From: Candidatus Woesearchaeota archaeon
GTDB lineage: Archaea; Nanobdellota; Nanobdellia; Woesearchaeales; GW2011-AR9
DNA: 64,000 bases
Assembly: GCA_016188115.1 (NCBI GenBank)
Contig: JACPIK010000002.1
Span: forward strand, 680,077 to 744,076
Reading direction: 5' to 3'
The notes under the pieces were generated by a model that saw nothing but the letters and a program-made list of their open reading frames with translations, made no database searches and was not told the DNA's origin. A program made the position numbers and the translations under genes. This document shows, one piece after another, positions 10,201-20,074 of this stretch (its first letter is position 1; each line of letters starts with the position of its first letter).

Positions 10201-11814
10201 GCGTTTAACTCATCAACAAAAGACAATACCTCTGCTCAAGATCTTATGGTGTATCCAACGATCATCGATGCAGACCAAACCAGAACAACAACAATCGCTA
10301 ATTATCTCGTCAACAATAGTGAAATGATGTTGCTAAACATGCCTTTTGAAGCTAAAAGTAATACTACCAACACTACCGACTATTCACATTTCCATAATCA
10401 TGGAGTCGTAAGTGGACCATCATGGTATGCGCAAGGGGGAATCAACGGATCAGGAATGTATAGTTTGCATGGTGGCACCGACACAATAGTAATCAATGAC
10501 CAAGATTACCTTGATTTTGGAACAAATAAATCATTTATGTTTTGGTACAAACCAATATCGACAACAGCCAACCAACATGTCATGGGAAAAGGAAAAGGAG
10601 CAGGAACATACGAAGGATGTATAATGAGAATGAGCTCGACGCTCGCATTTCAATGTTATAATTCTGCAGGAATCGAAGATGTGTCAATAACAACAAATAC
10701 AGTACCATTAAATGAATGGAATCTTGTTTCTATTGTATTTTACAATAATAATGTTACATTCTACCTCAACGGCAATTATAATTCCTCTGACTTATCTTAT
10801 CAAGCAACTTATAATTCTGACTCACCCTTAAAGATAGGACAAGCGCAAACCGGATGGAGTGGTTCAGCCACAGATGGATTTGTAGATAATGTTCAAATTT
10901 GGAATCGCAGCCTTACACCAGAACAACTCAAAACCATGTACCAAACCCAACGAAATCTGGTTATCAACAGTAGTGAACTTAAAATTCATGATGTTTGGAA
11001 AGTCAACGTCACTGTGAGTGATAGCGTTGATAATTCTGTGGGAGTAATGAGCTCACCGATCACTATTCTTAATGAACCAGTAGGCAATAGTCCACCTAGC
11101 GCGCCATTACTTGTAGCCCCATCAAATCTCACCACTACCATCGTACGAACCCCGCAATTTAATTGGACAACATCCAATGACAGCGATGGTAATCAACTTA
11201 CCTACAACCTTGTTATAGATGATAACATTTTGTTCAACAATCTGGAAATAAATGTCACCGGAATTGGTAACCTTACTTCAGGTAATGTTACATATAATAT
11301 TTCAACAGAATTAGATGTAGACAAAACCTATTTCTGGCGAGTGCGAGCCAATGATGGAACAGATTTTGGACCATATTCAAATGTATCCAATTTCACCCTC
11401 AGTTCCTATCTAGCAATTACCCTTACTCAGGACACCATTAACTTTGGTAGTGTCTCACTTTTCACACGCGCCAACACCACATCAGGAACACCGCGACCAT
11501 TTAGAGCAGAAAACGTAGGAAACATTATTGCTAACGTGACCATCTCTGCTACTTCCTACTTTAGTTCTGTTCCTTTCCCTTCAAGTTATTATCAATTCAA
11601 AATACGGGAAAACGAAACAGGAGCATTTAATCTAACACATTCCAATACGAGCTTTATCAACATGGTTAACTCTACCATATTGCCTCACGTTTGGGGTCTT
11701 GATTGGCATGATTTCAAGAATGATTTTCTCGCGGACATATTAGTGCAATTACCAGATACAGAACCAATAGGACCAAAAAACTCAACAGTTACATTTAGTA
11801 TATCACAACAATGA
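7219..11814 (+). CDS. Large surface glycoprotein with three LamG/concanavalin-like domains and FN3-like region
   Basis: N-terminal TM; three repeats with FDG..DY, WxH and G.ID..I.NR.L; KTYFWRVRAND; many N-x-S/T sequons. Confidence 0.85.
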   Translation: MTSDPWQSRQRRVEKELEKNNLPQTIRSNTPRYEVIVESPQPKQKTKKAPRQIAWKAVALLIIIFSISFLFVTQTPSSQNTQSITGAAITNVDTTVKTPTSNLTTAPIPEEQYTSSGIGSQNPYRTLGSITNPSFEDAITTEWVYSETDTEFTGGRVAPTNYVPTQGSYVYLLGQDTSTGAGGSPVLNIVPGVYSQVLQTIDLTDVTDIKFDTKYIDYYGISSYFNISAFIDSTLVWSRLSIDYQAENITLDTSTYSGSHDLKFRLTGLFTGAIYEPAWFIDNIRLNQTVTYLITNYNLTPSIAYFDTPLIAQATYSSNATGNVSFRWSINGQNKFNLTNLSVNPNSYITNTLQPGNFTTGDSISLSITGQNATDSSTTSPLTLTISSYTPNLTSVLLNTTHNTYSDNDNLTLYLNSSSQQGFTLHNIINWYKNNVPLLVVNMPFERVNGTNTNNAYDYSIYAHNGSENGGVVWNRTIGYGTTGAYIFDGANDYLQIEQVPQITKNFSVEYWVMRNGTRHEAFAFTNDGSQNKDDPFSWDGNQINIGDGLNHEIKTVTLAADTNVWTHIIFTVDGSNKILRQYKNGTLVDDLSLTYTPSSFPNKFLRIGRGGFAEIYTEYFQGAIDNFRVYNRTLTPDQVKLLYQNQTDVIVQNETYLGETWKACVTIHDTFESSNSTCSNSITFGDNHIPTQFQPIIQSLDATTSTSTDLACYNQSTTDFENDPVKNIYNWKVNDKSIAVLNMPFENYSLTYSGETKDYSGYNNNGTNTSGAFWNATGGFDGKGAYRLDGVDDYISIKNNASLNFVTNYSISFWTKNEVSPANFDTILAKTSGTGWSDGYGIYYSSSSQINFWVSAYGSAYAYATITPTLWNHVVGTYDGSTIRIFVNGVEGTPGTRTTPATNTAALEIGRGASNSYNIDGHIDELLIFNRSLSTDEVKLLFQNKTNTTSFRELQQGETWACEITPNDAHGDGQNKTSTAVTISANTIPTVTVAFNSSTKDNTSAQDLMVYPTIIDADQTRTTTIANYLVNNSEMMLLNMPFEAKSNTTNTTDYSHFHNHGVVSGPSWYAQGGINGSGMYSLHGGTDTIVINDQDYLDFGTNKSFMFWYKPISTTANQHVMGKGKGAGTYEGCIMRMSSTLAFQCYNSAGIEDVSITTNTVPLNEWNLVSIVFYNNNVTFYLNGNYNSSDLSYQATYNSDSPLKIGQAQTGWSGSATDGFVDNVQIWNRSLTPEQLKTMYQTQRNLVINSSELKIHDVWKVNVTVSDSVDNSVGVMSSPITILNEPVGNSPPSAPLLVAPSNLTTTIVRTPQFNWTTSNDSDGNQLTYNLVIDDNILFNNLEINVTGIGNLTSGNVTYNISTELDVDKTYFWRVRANDGTDFGPYSNVSNFTLSSYLAITLTQDTINFGSVSLFTRANTTSGTPRPFRAENVGNIIANVTISATSYFSSVPFPSSYYQFKIRENETGAFNLTHSNTSFINMVNSTILPHVWGLDWHDFKNDFLADILVQLPDTEPIGPKNSTVTFSISQQ

Positions 11815-13052
11815 AAACAGCAACTGCAACAAGAACGGGATTACTATTAATTTTTCTCATCCTAGGTGCAACTATGGCATTGGGGCTCGGAATTAGGCCT
11901 GCAAAAACAACAATTGAAGCAGAGTATGAAAAATCTTTTGATGGTGAAGTATGGGTAGTAAATAGTGATTACCAAGAAAATAGTGTGACTGTATCGGTTG
12001 AAGGTGAAATGGCCAAATATGTTACAATTCATGATTCTCAAATTCATTTCCGTTCCGATGATGAAGCAAAAGCAGTTCACTTCTCAGTGCGGCTACCAGA
12101 ATCTATCCCCCCAGGAATTTCTACCGCAGAGATCATTGTCCAAGCGACACCAGGGTTTAATGAAAATCAAGGCATGAGTTCAAAGATCATTCTGAAGCAC
12201 CAGATTATGATTCATGGACCATATCCACAAAAATATGTGAAAACAAAAATAAATTTTCATGACCGCGGAGAATACATCGATTTTATTTCAGAAATAGAGA
12301 ATGTTGGAAAAGAAGATATTAATAAAGTTCAGACAAAATTTTATGTTAATGATAAAGAACAAGTTCCGCTCGTCTTGAGTACAGAAGAGAAAAGTTTGGA
12401 GATTAAACGAGGAGCCATCTTTGAATTAAAGGTAGATAAAAATGATTTTGATTATGGAGAGTATGAAGTTTCTGCAGTAACATATTATGATGGAAACCAA
12501 GCAGAAGTAATTAAAACTTTAATCGTTGGAAAACCGGAGATTGATATCACCTATTTTGACCAATATCTTAAAGCCAATACTATTAACAAATACACTCTTG
12601 AGCTCCTCAATAAATGGAATAAACGTATTGAAAACGTATTTGTCAATATTATTTTGAAACGAGATGAAAACGTGTTGGAGTCTTTTAGAACATCTCCAAT
12701 TGATATCCCTCCACTCATGCGAGAAAGAATCCAGGAATATCTTGATACAAGAGAGTATGGACCAGGAGAGTATAATGTTGAACTACAAGTAAATTATTGG
12801 AATATTTATTCTATGGACTCAAAAAGTTATGATATTGAACTTCTTAAAGAAAAAGAACAGGAACAAAGCACGGCACCAACTCAAAATGTCTTAGTTGGAA
12901 ATGCCATTCAAGCTCAAGAAACAAAACTCAAATCCAACATGAGAATAATATTATTAGGATCAATTTTACTCGCCGTTCTTGTTTTTGGAGGATACATTAT
13001 TCATCGTTATAGAAACAGAGATGATTACGAAGGGGGAAACAATGCTTTTTAA
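11811..13052 (+). CDS. Secreted, C-terminally anchored Ig-like surface protein
   Basis: Signal peptide, beta-rich body, C-terminal TM followed by basic residues; ATGA overlap with LamG gene. Confidence 0.7.
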   Translation: MKTATATRTGLLLIFLILGATMALGLGIRPAKTTIEAEYEKSFDGEVWVVNSDYQENSVTVSVEGEMAKYVTIHDSQIHFRSDDEAKAVHFSVRLPESIPPGISTAEIIVQATPGFNENQGMSSKIILKHQIMIHGPYPQKYVKTKINFHDRGEYIDFISEIENVGKEDINKVQTKFYVNDKEQVPLVLSTEEKSLEIKRGAIFELKVDKNDFDYGEYEVSAVTYYDGNQAEVIKTLIVGKPEIDITYFDQYLKANTINKYTLELLNKWNKRIENVFVNIILKRDENVLESFRTSPIDIPPLMRERIQEYLDTREYGPGEYNVELQVNYWNIYSMDSKSYDIELLKEKEQEQSTAPTQNVLVGNAIQAQETKLKSNMRIILLGSILLAVLVFGGYIIHRYRNRDDYEGGNNAF

Positions 13053-13203
13053 AGTTCTTCCATTATTGGATTCATAGGATAACCAACAGAAAAAGTTCTG
13101 TTTAATCTAACTAAAAAAGAGAAGTTGGATCTAGAACTGACATTCAGAGGATTCTTTCTTTGGGTTCTTAAACTAGTGAATACTCTCTCCCATAGGTGAT
13201 ACC

Positions 13204-13317
13204 ATGACAACTAAAAAAGAATATAATGTTGAAAACCAATATGGAGAATTCGTCAACGAGCTCCATGATGAAGATCGTGCATTCTTGCAGTTTATGGCTC
13301 GGCGACAACGATATTAA
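13204..13317 (+). CDS. Small hypothetical protein, 37 aa (not in ORF track)
   Basis: Strong RBS aggtgat just upstream of ATG; MTTKKEYNVENQYGEFVNELHDEDRAFLQFMARRQRY; followed by T-tract. Confidence 0.5.
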   Translation: MTTKKEYNVENQYGEFVNELHDEDRAFLQFMARRQRY

Positions 13318-13412
13318 TTCTTTCTTTTTTTCTAATAAAAGTAAATAATAAAGTAAACGGGAAAATAGTAAATATAATCAAAATATGAAACAACAAACCG
13401 AAAGAAAAATCC

Positions 13413-14537
13413 TCACCCAAAGAACCGTTTTAAAAATCCCGTACTTGCTTTCTCTTCCTGCAATTCTTTAATCAGTTCACGTTGTTTCTTAGATATTTTT
13501 GTAGGAACAGCAACACGCACTTTTACCATCTGATCGCCACGTCCACTGGATTGAATACGAGCAAGACCTTTACCTTTCATGCGAAATGTTGTTTCTGATT
13601 GCGTCCCTTCAGGAATAGTGAGAACAGCAGTACCGTCAATGGTAGGTACTTCAATTTCATCACCAAGTGTAGCCTGCGTAAACGAAATAGGAATAGTAAT
13701 TTCCAAATTATCCCCTTGCCTTGCAAAGTGAGCATGAGCTTTGACATGAACTTGAATATACAAATCTCCCGCACGACCACCTGCTCCTCCCACCTCGCCT
13801 TCTCCAGTAACACGTAGACGCATACCATCCTCAATTCCAGCAGGAATAGTAACTTCGATTTCTTTACGTTCACGAACGACGCCTTCACCGTTACATTCTT
13901 TACAGGTATCACTTGCTTTCTCACCACGACCTTGACAAGTAGAACAAGGCGCAGTTTGTTGGAAGACACCAAACGGAGTCTTTTGAATTTTACGCATATA
14001 TCCTGAACCTTGACAAGATGAACATTTTGTAAACGAATGAGCCCCTTTACCTTTGCAAGAAGCACAATGAGCTAATTTATTGAGTTTAACAGATTTTGTC
14101 GTTCCTTTTGCTACTTCCTCCAGAGTGATTTCAATATCATAGAGTAAATCAGAACCGCGTCGACCACCTCGTCCACGACCCCCAGCATTGCCACCAAAGA
14201 GTTGATCAAAGATATCTCCAAAATCCCCCATACCGCCAAATTGTGACATCACATCAGAGAAATCATACCCCTCAAAACCACTGCCACCAGGACCGCCAGC
14301 CCCGCCATTAAACGCAGCAGAACCATATTGATCATATTGGGCCCGTTTCTTATCATCTCCAAGAACGGAAGCTGCTTGATTAATTTCCTTGAATTTCTCT
14401 TCATACTCCTTTTTATTCTCTTCAGCAGCGCGATCTGGGTGATATTTCATTGCCAGTTTTTTATAGGCTTTCTTAATATCTTCTTTCGTTGCACCTTTCT
14501 CAACACCCAATAATGAATAATAATCTTTATCTGCCAT
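13413..14537 (-). CDS. dnaJ: Chaperone DnaJ
   Basis: J domain with HPD, G/F region, four CxxCxGxG repeats. Confidence 0.98.
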   Translation of the reverse strand: MADKDYYSLLGVEKGATKEDIKKAYKKLAMKYHPDRAAEENKKEYEEKFKEINQAASVLGDDKKRAQYDQYGSAAFNGGAGGPGGSGFEGYDFSDVMSQFGGMGDFGDIFDQLFGGNAGGRGRGGRRGSDLLYDIEITLEEVAKGTTKSVKLNKLAHCASCKGKGAHSFTKCSSCQGSGYMRKIQKTPFGVFQQTAPCSTCQGRGEKASDTCKECNGEGVVRERKEIEVTIPAGIEDGMRLRVTGEGEVGGAGGRAGDLYIQVHVKAHAHFARQGDNLEITIPISFTQATLGDEIEVPTIDGTAVLTIPEGTQSETTFRMKGKGLARIQSSGRGDQMVKVRVAVPTKISKKQRELIKELQEEKASTGFLKRFFG

Positions 14538-14540
14538 GGT

Positions 14541-15194
14541 CTATTCTCCCGTAACTCTACGAAGATGGTTCTCAAACTCTTGTTTTAAATCTTGTGCAGT
14601 GAATGATAAATGCGAAAATAATTCTACTTCAAAATCCAGCATTTCTTGTTCTTCTTCATGCCTTAGGATCGCATGAGGATACATCTCACGCAAATACGCT
14701 AATCTCTCCCGCAACCCTATAATCTCTGTCTTTAACACTCGCCAATCAATGTAATGCACCAAATTTTCTTCAAATGTTTTGTCTACCACATGAATCCCCG
14801 GTGCGCTGGCTTTACGCAATGACGCCGCCAACCTAGGATACTGCTCACCAAACACTTCATATGCAATTTCTCCTTCGTACTTTCCTGCAAAACGCAATCG
14901 TAATTCTTTCCACTTAGCAATCTCCTCATCTGAATACGCATAAGGATGATATTTATGATTAGGATTTAATTCTTTGAGTGTCACCGCTTTAAACAAATCA
15001 TGTAAGACCGAAAGGGCACGCACAAAATCAACATCAACAGGCTTACCCTCAATTCTAGTTCCATTTTTAACTAACTCTTGTGCTAAAAACATGCTTACCT
15101 CTTGCACCGCTTTGCAATGCGCTAAGATGTTTCTAGGAACTTTATATTCTTCAAAATAAGAGAGGCATTGAGATTGACTTGGAAGAGATATCAT
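14541..15194 (-). CDS. HD-domain metal-dependent phosphohydrolase
   Basis: HCKAV...LHDLFK...HYIDWR motif set; probable start MISLPS at 15194 (the longer ORF call overlaps dnaK). Confidence 0.75.
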   Translation of the reverse strand: MISLPSQSQCLSYFEEYKVPRNILAHCKAVQEVSMFLAQELVKNGTRIEGKPVDVDFVRALSVLHDLFKAVTLKELNPNHKYHPYAYSDEEIAKWKELRLRFAGKYEGEIAYEVFGEQYPRLAASLRKASAPGIHVVDKTFEENLVHYIDWRVLKTEIIGLRERLAYLREMYPHAILRHEEEQEMLDFEVELFSHLSFTAQDLKQEFENHLRRVTGE

Positions 15195-15252
15195 GTTTGT
15201 GTATAACCCCTCAAAAAATAAACTATAACAAAAAAATAAAAAAAAGCAAGAC

Positions 15253-17166
15253 CTATTGGTCTTTACCTTTCTTCTTGCCAGCTGGCTTGTCAGAAGAGTG
15301 ACCTGCTTTCTCTTTAAACTCAGCGTCAACAACTTTCTCACCATGCGCATGTCCATGAACTTGATCTTCACCAGGCATACCGGCGTTCCCACCAGCAGCT
15401 TGTTGCGCAGCATTTGCATCTTGGTAAATCTTTGCGCCAATCTCGCCAACCACTTTGTTGAGTTCTTCGATAGCAGCATTAATAGCAGCAGCATCTTCGC
15501 CTTGACGAACTTTCTCAACGTGAGCAATTTTGTCCTCAATGCGCTTGCGTGTGCCATCATCAACTTTGTCTTTAAATTCATCAAGCACTTTCTTAGTTTG
15601 ATAGGCAACAGATTCAGCATTGTTTTGCGCTTCGATAAGTTCACGTTTACGTTCATCGTCAGCAGCATACTTCTCTGCTTCTTCACGCATGCGTTTCACT
15701 TCTGCTTCACTTAATGCACTTGAACCAGTAATCTTAATTTTTTGTTCTTTACCAGTTCCAAGATCTTTTGCGCTAACATGAACAATACCATTTGCATCAA
15801 TATCAAATGTGACTTCAACTTGTGGAACGCCACGAGGAGCAGGAGGAATTCCCATTAAGTCAAATTGACCAAGAGTCTTGTTGTCATGAAACATAGACCT
15901 TTCCCCTTGTCCAACTTTAATAGTAACTGCAGTTTGGTTGTCAGCAGCAGTGGAGAAGATCTGCGATTTTTTGGTAGGAATGGTTGTATTTCTCTCTATC
16001 AAACGAGTAAATACGCCACCCAAAGTCTCAAGACCTAAGCTTAGAGGCGTAACGTCAAGAAGCAAGATGTCTTTAATATCGCCAGACATAACTCCTGCTT
16101 GAATTGCTGCACCAATCGCTACAGCTTCATCAGGGTTAACAGATTTGTCGCCTTCTTTTCCAGTGAGTCTGCGTACTAAATCTTGAACACAAGGCATACG
16201 GGTTGAACCGCCTACAAAAATAACACGATTAATATCACCTTGTGTCATTTGAGCATCACGTAATGCATTCTTAACTGGAGCTTCCAATCGACGTAAAATA
16301 TCCGCAATTAAAGATTCGAAATGAGCGCGGGTTAATTCCTCTTTGATGTGTTTTGGTCCATGTTGATCAGCAGTGATAAAAGGGATGTTAATCTCAACTT
16401 TCATTTTTGAAGAAAGTTCAATTTTCGCTTTTTCTGCTGCTTCTTTAAGACGTTGCATCGCCGTAGGGTCGTGACGTAAATCAATACCTTGGGATTTTTT
16501 GAAACGATCCATGATATCATTCATGATACATTCATCAACATCATCCCCACCAAGGTAATTATCCCCGCTGGTTGCTTTAACTTCAAAGATGCCATCCCCT
16601 AATTCCAAAATAGAAACATCAAATGTTCCTCCTCCGAAATCAAAAACAAGGATAGTATGATCTTGTTCTTGTTTGTCAAGACCGTATGCAAGAGCAGCCG
16701 CAGTTGGCTCGTTAATAATGCGCAGTACATTCAAACCTGCAATTTCTCCTGCATTCTTAGTTGCTTGACGTTGAGAATCATTAAAATATGCAGGAACAGT
16801 AATAACTGCATTTTTAACTTCTTGACCAAGATAAGCTTCAGAATCACGTTTTAATTTCTGTAAGATCATAGCAGAAATTTGTTCTGGGCTATGAGGTTTT
16901 CCATCAATGGTAACTTTTTCATTTGTGCCCATTTTACGTTTAATGGAACGAATAGTACGAGTAGGATCAGTAATTGCTTGGTTACGAGCTACTTGACCTA
17001 CAACAACATCCTCATCTTTAATGTGAACAACGCTAGGAGTTGTTCTAGTTCCTTCTGAATTGGGGATAATTACGGGTTTACCTCCTTCAAGAACAGCAAC
17101 AGCTGAAAAAGTTGTACCTAAGTCAATACCGATCGTTGCGCCGGTTGTGGTTTTTTTGGTTGTCAT
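15253..17166 (-). CDS. dnaK: Chaperone DnaK (Hsp70)
   Basis: [39 protein letters not shown]; ggagg RBS supports ATG at 17166. Confidence 0.99.
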   Translation of the reverse strand: MTTKKTTTGATIGIDLGTTFSAVAVLEGGKPVIIPNSEGTRTTPSVVHIKDEDVVVGQVARNQAITDPTRTIRSIKRKMGTNEKVTIDGKPHSPEQISAMILQKLKRDSEAYLGQEVKNAVITVPAYFNDSQRQATKNAGEIAGLNVLRIINEPTAAALAYGLDKQEQDHTILVFDFGGGTFDVSILELGDGIFEVKATSGDNYLGGDDVDECIMNDIMDRFKKSQGIDLRHDPTAMQRLKEAAEKAKIELSSKMKVEINIPFITADQHGPKHIKEELTRAHFESLIADILRRLEAPVKNALRDAQMTQGDINRVIFVGGSTRMPCVQDLVRRLTGKEGDKSVNPDEAVAIGAAIQAGVMSGDIKDILLLDVTPLSLGLETLGGVFTRLIERNTTIPTKKSQIFSTAADNQTAVTIKVGQGERSMFHDNKTLGQFDLMGIPPAPRGVPQVEVTFDIDANGIVHVSAKDLGTGKEQKIKITGSSALSEAEVKRMREEAEKYAADDERKRELIEAQNNAESVAYQTKKVLDEFKDKVDDGTRKRIEDKIAHVEKVRQGEDAAAINAAIEELNKVVGEIGAKIYQDANAAQQAAGGNAGMPGEDQVHGHAHGEKVVDAEFKEKAGHSSDKPAGKKKGKDQ

Positions 17167-17233
17167 TATATTTTCCTCCATTAAATGGTATTTTTCTTGA
17201 TTTGTTTTTCTTAATCAAATTTTGATTACAATT

Positions 17234-17785
17234 TTACTTTGATTTTGTTTTACTAAGATCCTTCTCTGGATGAGACTTGCCAGGACCATCACTTACTTTT
17301 ACACGTGCAGCACGTAATACTTTTCCATGAAGCAAGTATCCTTTTTGAAATTCTTCAACGATAGTATCCACGGGTTCATCACAAGGCACTTTCATAAGAG
17401 GTTGATGATAGAGGGGATCAAACTTAGCCCCTAATGAATCCAACGCTACAACTCCACTTTTTTCTAAAGCAGAGAGCAACTGAGCGTATAATAATTCCAT
17501 CCCCTCTCGCACATCTTCTACTTTTTGAGTAGGATTCTTTAATGCAAGATGAAAAGTATCTAAAACTGGCAGCAGTTCAATGAGGAACTTTTTAAGTGCC
17601 ATTTGTTCAGCATCAGTTATACGTTGCGTAACTTGCTTACGATAGTTCTCAAAATTAGCTTGAGTACGTTGAAGCAAATCGGTAAGTTCTTCAACTTTAT
17701 CTTTGACAGGAGCCTCTTGCGTTGTGCTAGTAGCATCTGCATTTTCCGTTTTAACAGGTTCGTTTTGTTGATCTAAGTTCGACAT
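17234..17785 (-). CDS. grpE: Nucleotide exchange factor GrpE
   Basis: RTQANFENYRK, FDPLYHQ, QKGYLLHGKVLRAARVKV; probable start MSNLDQ at 17785. Confidence 0.95.
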   Translation of the reverse strand: MSNLDQQNEPVKTENADATSTTQEAPVKDKVEELTDLLQRTQANFENYRKQVTQRITDAEQMALKKFLIELLPVLDTFHLALKNPTQKVEDVREGMELLYAQLLSALEKSGVVALDSLGAKFDPLYHQPLMKVPCDEPVDTIVEEFQKGYLLHGKVLRAARVKVSDGPGKSHPEKDLSKTKSK

Positions 17786-17864
17786 GGAAGCTCTTGAATG
17801 CATTTTATATATAAACATTTCGCAAGGACAAACATTTAAATAGAAAAATACCCCTATCCCGCAT

Positions 17865-18269
17865 ATGACACAAAAAGTCACGATTCTGCGAATTCGCCGT
17901 GTTGCCACAGAAAACCTCAACCAAGATCTCCAGTGGTTTGGCTCATCATTAGGACTATTTAATCTGCGTGATAAGGATAGCAGTTGTTTTCGTGTATTTA
18001 TTACCCTGCTTAAGCGCGCTCGGACTTCCGACCTCATCACATCAGATGAAGTTGCAGAAAAATTAGATTTAAGTCGAGGCACCGTCGTACATCATCTGAC
18101 CAAACTTATGGATGCAGGAATAGTCATGCGAGTAAAAGGAGGATATGTACTGCGAGACAACAACCTGCAAAAAGTAATTCGCGATGTCCAAAGAGATATT
18201 GAAAACATCTTTACTGACCTAAACAAAGTAGCGAAAGAAATCGATGACCAGTTAGGTCAGAACTTCTAG
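17865..18269 (+). CDS. Winged helix-turn-helix transcriptional regulator divergent from grpE-dnaK
   Basis: ITSDEVAEKLDLSRGTVVHHLTKLMDAGIV. Confidence 0.8.
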   Translation: MTQKVTILRIRRVATENLNQDLQWFGSSLGLFNLRDKDSSCFRVFITLLKRARTSDLITSDEVAEKLDLSRGTVVHHLTKLMDAGIVMRVKGGYVLRDNNLQKVIRDVQRDIENIFTDLNKVAKEIDDQLGQNF

Positions 18270-18417
18270 AGAACAGGTAATTATAATAATTTTAGATTAT
18301 ACTAAGACCCTGCTAAACCTATCCCCACCACCCAAAATAGAACAGACATATCTTGAAAGACAAAACCACATCGTCAAAAAAGATAGCTATTTATAGAGAA
18401 AAAATAATCCCTTCAGC

Positions 18418-19926
18418 ATGAAGAACCTCAAAGGATTGTTGCTTTTACTTTCATTCTTACTTATTGCAATCCAGATTATCCAGCTAAGTGTTGTCTTTAG
18501 TATAACTGGCGCAGTAACGGGTGGCACAGCAACAGTAGGATTATGCTACAATCACCAGCCTTCATTTTACAATCTTACGAATTATACCCTCCCCCATAAT
18601 GTTGCATTTAACTCAACCATTTATGCTAATGAAAGCGACAGCGATGCAGTTGCTTTTTTTGATAATACCAGCCTCTTTTTAATAAACAACAATACTGGCG
18701 TATTCTCATTCATACCCTCAATTTTAAATGTAGGCAACCACAGCATAGATATCACCATTCGTGACTATAATAGTTCCTGCGCATCGAATGTAAGCGAAAT
18801 ATTGCTTCTTACTATTAACAACTCGATCCCCTACCAAAATAGAACCATCCCTAATCAAACGTGGGAAGAAGATGTCACCCTCACCGGCATCAATCTTACC
18901 ACCTATTTTGCCGACTACGAAAACGACACACTTAATTTTACTGCCCAAATTGGACACAATATCACAGTAACTATTTCTAATTTTACGGTCACCATCGTTC
19001 CGAATACAGATTATTATGGCATAACCTGGATCGTGTTTAGAGCAAATGACAGCTTAGGAACTGCAACCTCAAATAATGTCACACTCAACATCACTGACGT
19101 AGCAGATTTTTGCGGAGATGCAGTGTGTAATGCAGATGAAAGTTGTTCATCATGTTCTGCTGATTGTGGCAGCTGTGGAGGATCAGGCAGTAGCGGAGGA
19201 GGAGGGGGCAGAGGATCGGGAGGAGCAGCAAGCCCGCGAGTAATAGAAGTGATACCACCAACCCCACCGCAAACAGAATGCAACCCATCTAAAAAGTGCG
19301 GAAATTGGGAACCAGCTTCATGCACAACCCAACCCCAAGAACGCAGTTGTATCGAAATTAAACCAAGCTGCACTGCTATTAAAACCATTGAAACCAGATC
19401 TTGTAATTGTATCCCTGACTGGCAGTGTTCAACGTGGGTTCCTGAACAATGTAACGCTTATCAAACACAACATAGAACCTGTGTAGATCGAAATGACTGT
19501 AACAAAGAACCATATCCTGATGACTCACAAAGCTGTGCTTCAGAATCAACCTACGCAGATTCCCAAGAAGCATTGATAGGACAAGCCATGTGGAGCAACC
19601 TTAAAAATAAAATTGGAAGCCTTACCAGAACAACCCCACTTCTACTCACCATAGTAATTATCTTTTGTGGAATCGGCGGACTCTGGATATGGCACCAACA
19701 CAAACCAAAAATTGCCTTTTGGAAATGTGTAGACACTAAAGAGATAGATACATCAAAATTTATCAGCAAATTCACAAAAGAACAATTAATTGAAATTACA
19801 TCAGAACAAGAAATAAAAATTGATACCTACGTTGAAGCAACCCGCAACAATAAAGTGAAAATACACATCCAAGCGCGTATCAAGGATCATAAAAACAATA
19901 AAACGTCTATTCAACGAGTAGAATAA
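18418..19926 (+). CDS. Surface protein with cadherin-like Ig domains, Gly/Ser linker and Cys-rich repeats
   Basis: N-terminal and C-terminal TM segments; CGDAVCNADESCSSCSADCG; CIPDWQCSTW..C...Q.RTCVD..C. Confidence 0.75.
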   Translation: MKNLKGLLLLLSFLLIAIQIIQLSVVFSITGAVTGGTATVGLCYNHQPSFYNLTNYTLPHNVAFNSTIYANESDSDAVAFFDNTSLFLINNNTGVFSFIPSILNVGNHSIDITIRDYNSSCASNVSEILLLTINNSIPYQNRTIPNQTWEEDVTLTGINLTTYFADYENDTLNFTAQIGHNITVTISNFTVTIVPNTDYYGITWIVFRANDSLGTATSNNVTLNITDVADFCGDAVCNADESCSSCSADCGSCGGSGSSGGGGGRGSGGAASPRVIEVIPPTPPQTECNPSKKCGNWEPASCTTQPQERSCIEIKPSCTAIKTIETRSCNCIPDWQCSTWVPEQCNAYQTQHRTCVDRNDCNKEPYPDDSQSCASESTYADSQEALIGQAMWSNLKNKIGSLTRTTPLLLTIVIIFCGIGGLWIWHQHKPKIAFWKCVDTKEIDTSKFISKFTKEQLIEITSEQEIKIDTYVEATRNNKVKIHIQARIKDHKNNKTSIQRVE

Positions 19927-20074
19927 AGATAAACAACATTTCTTGCAAAGAATCTAGAGAATAATAGTGAATCGTATAAATCATAGCCCATAATACAAAT
20001 CAAACAAAAATGACGAAATCACTCAAAAATAAGACAGAGGTACCCCACACGTTCCACATCGGCATGGTCAGACC

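Noticed and set aside
15195-15686. N-terminal 164 aa of the 381-aa ORF call
   Set aside because: Alternative-frame overlap with the dnaK 3' end; the HD protein plausibly starts at 15194
15256-15714. 152-aa ORF antisense to dnaK
   Set aside because: Antisense open frames are common opposite conserved, codon-biased genes such as dnaK; no independent signals
17786-18082. Long N-terminal extension of GrpE
   Set aside because: It is the antisense of the divergent wHTH gene and its promoter region
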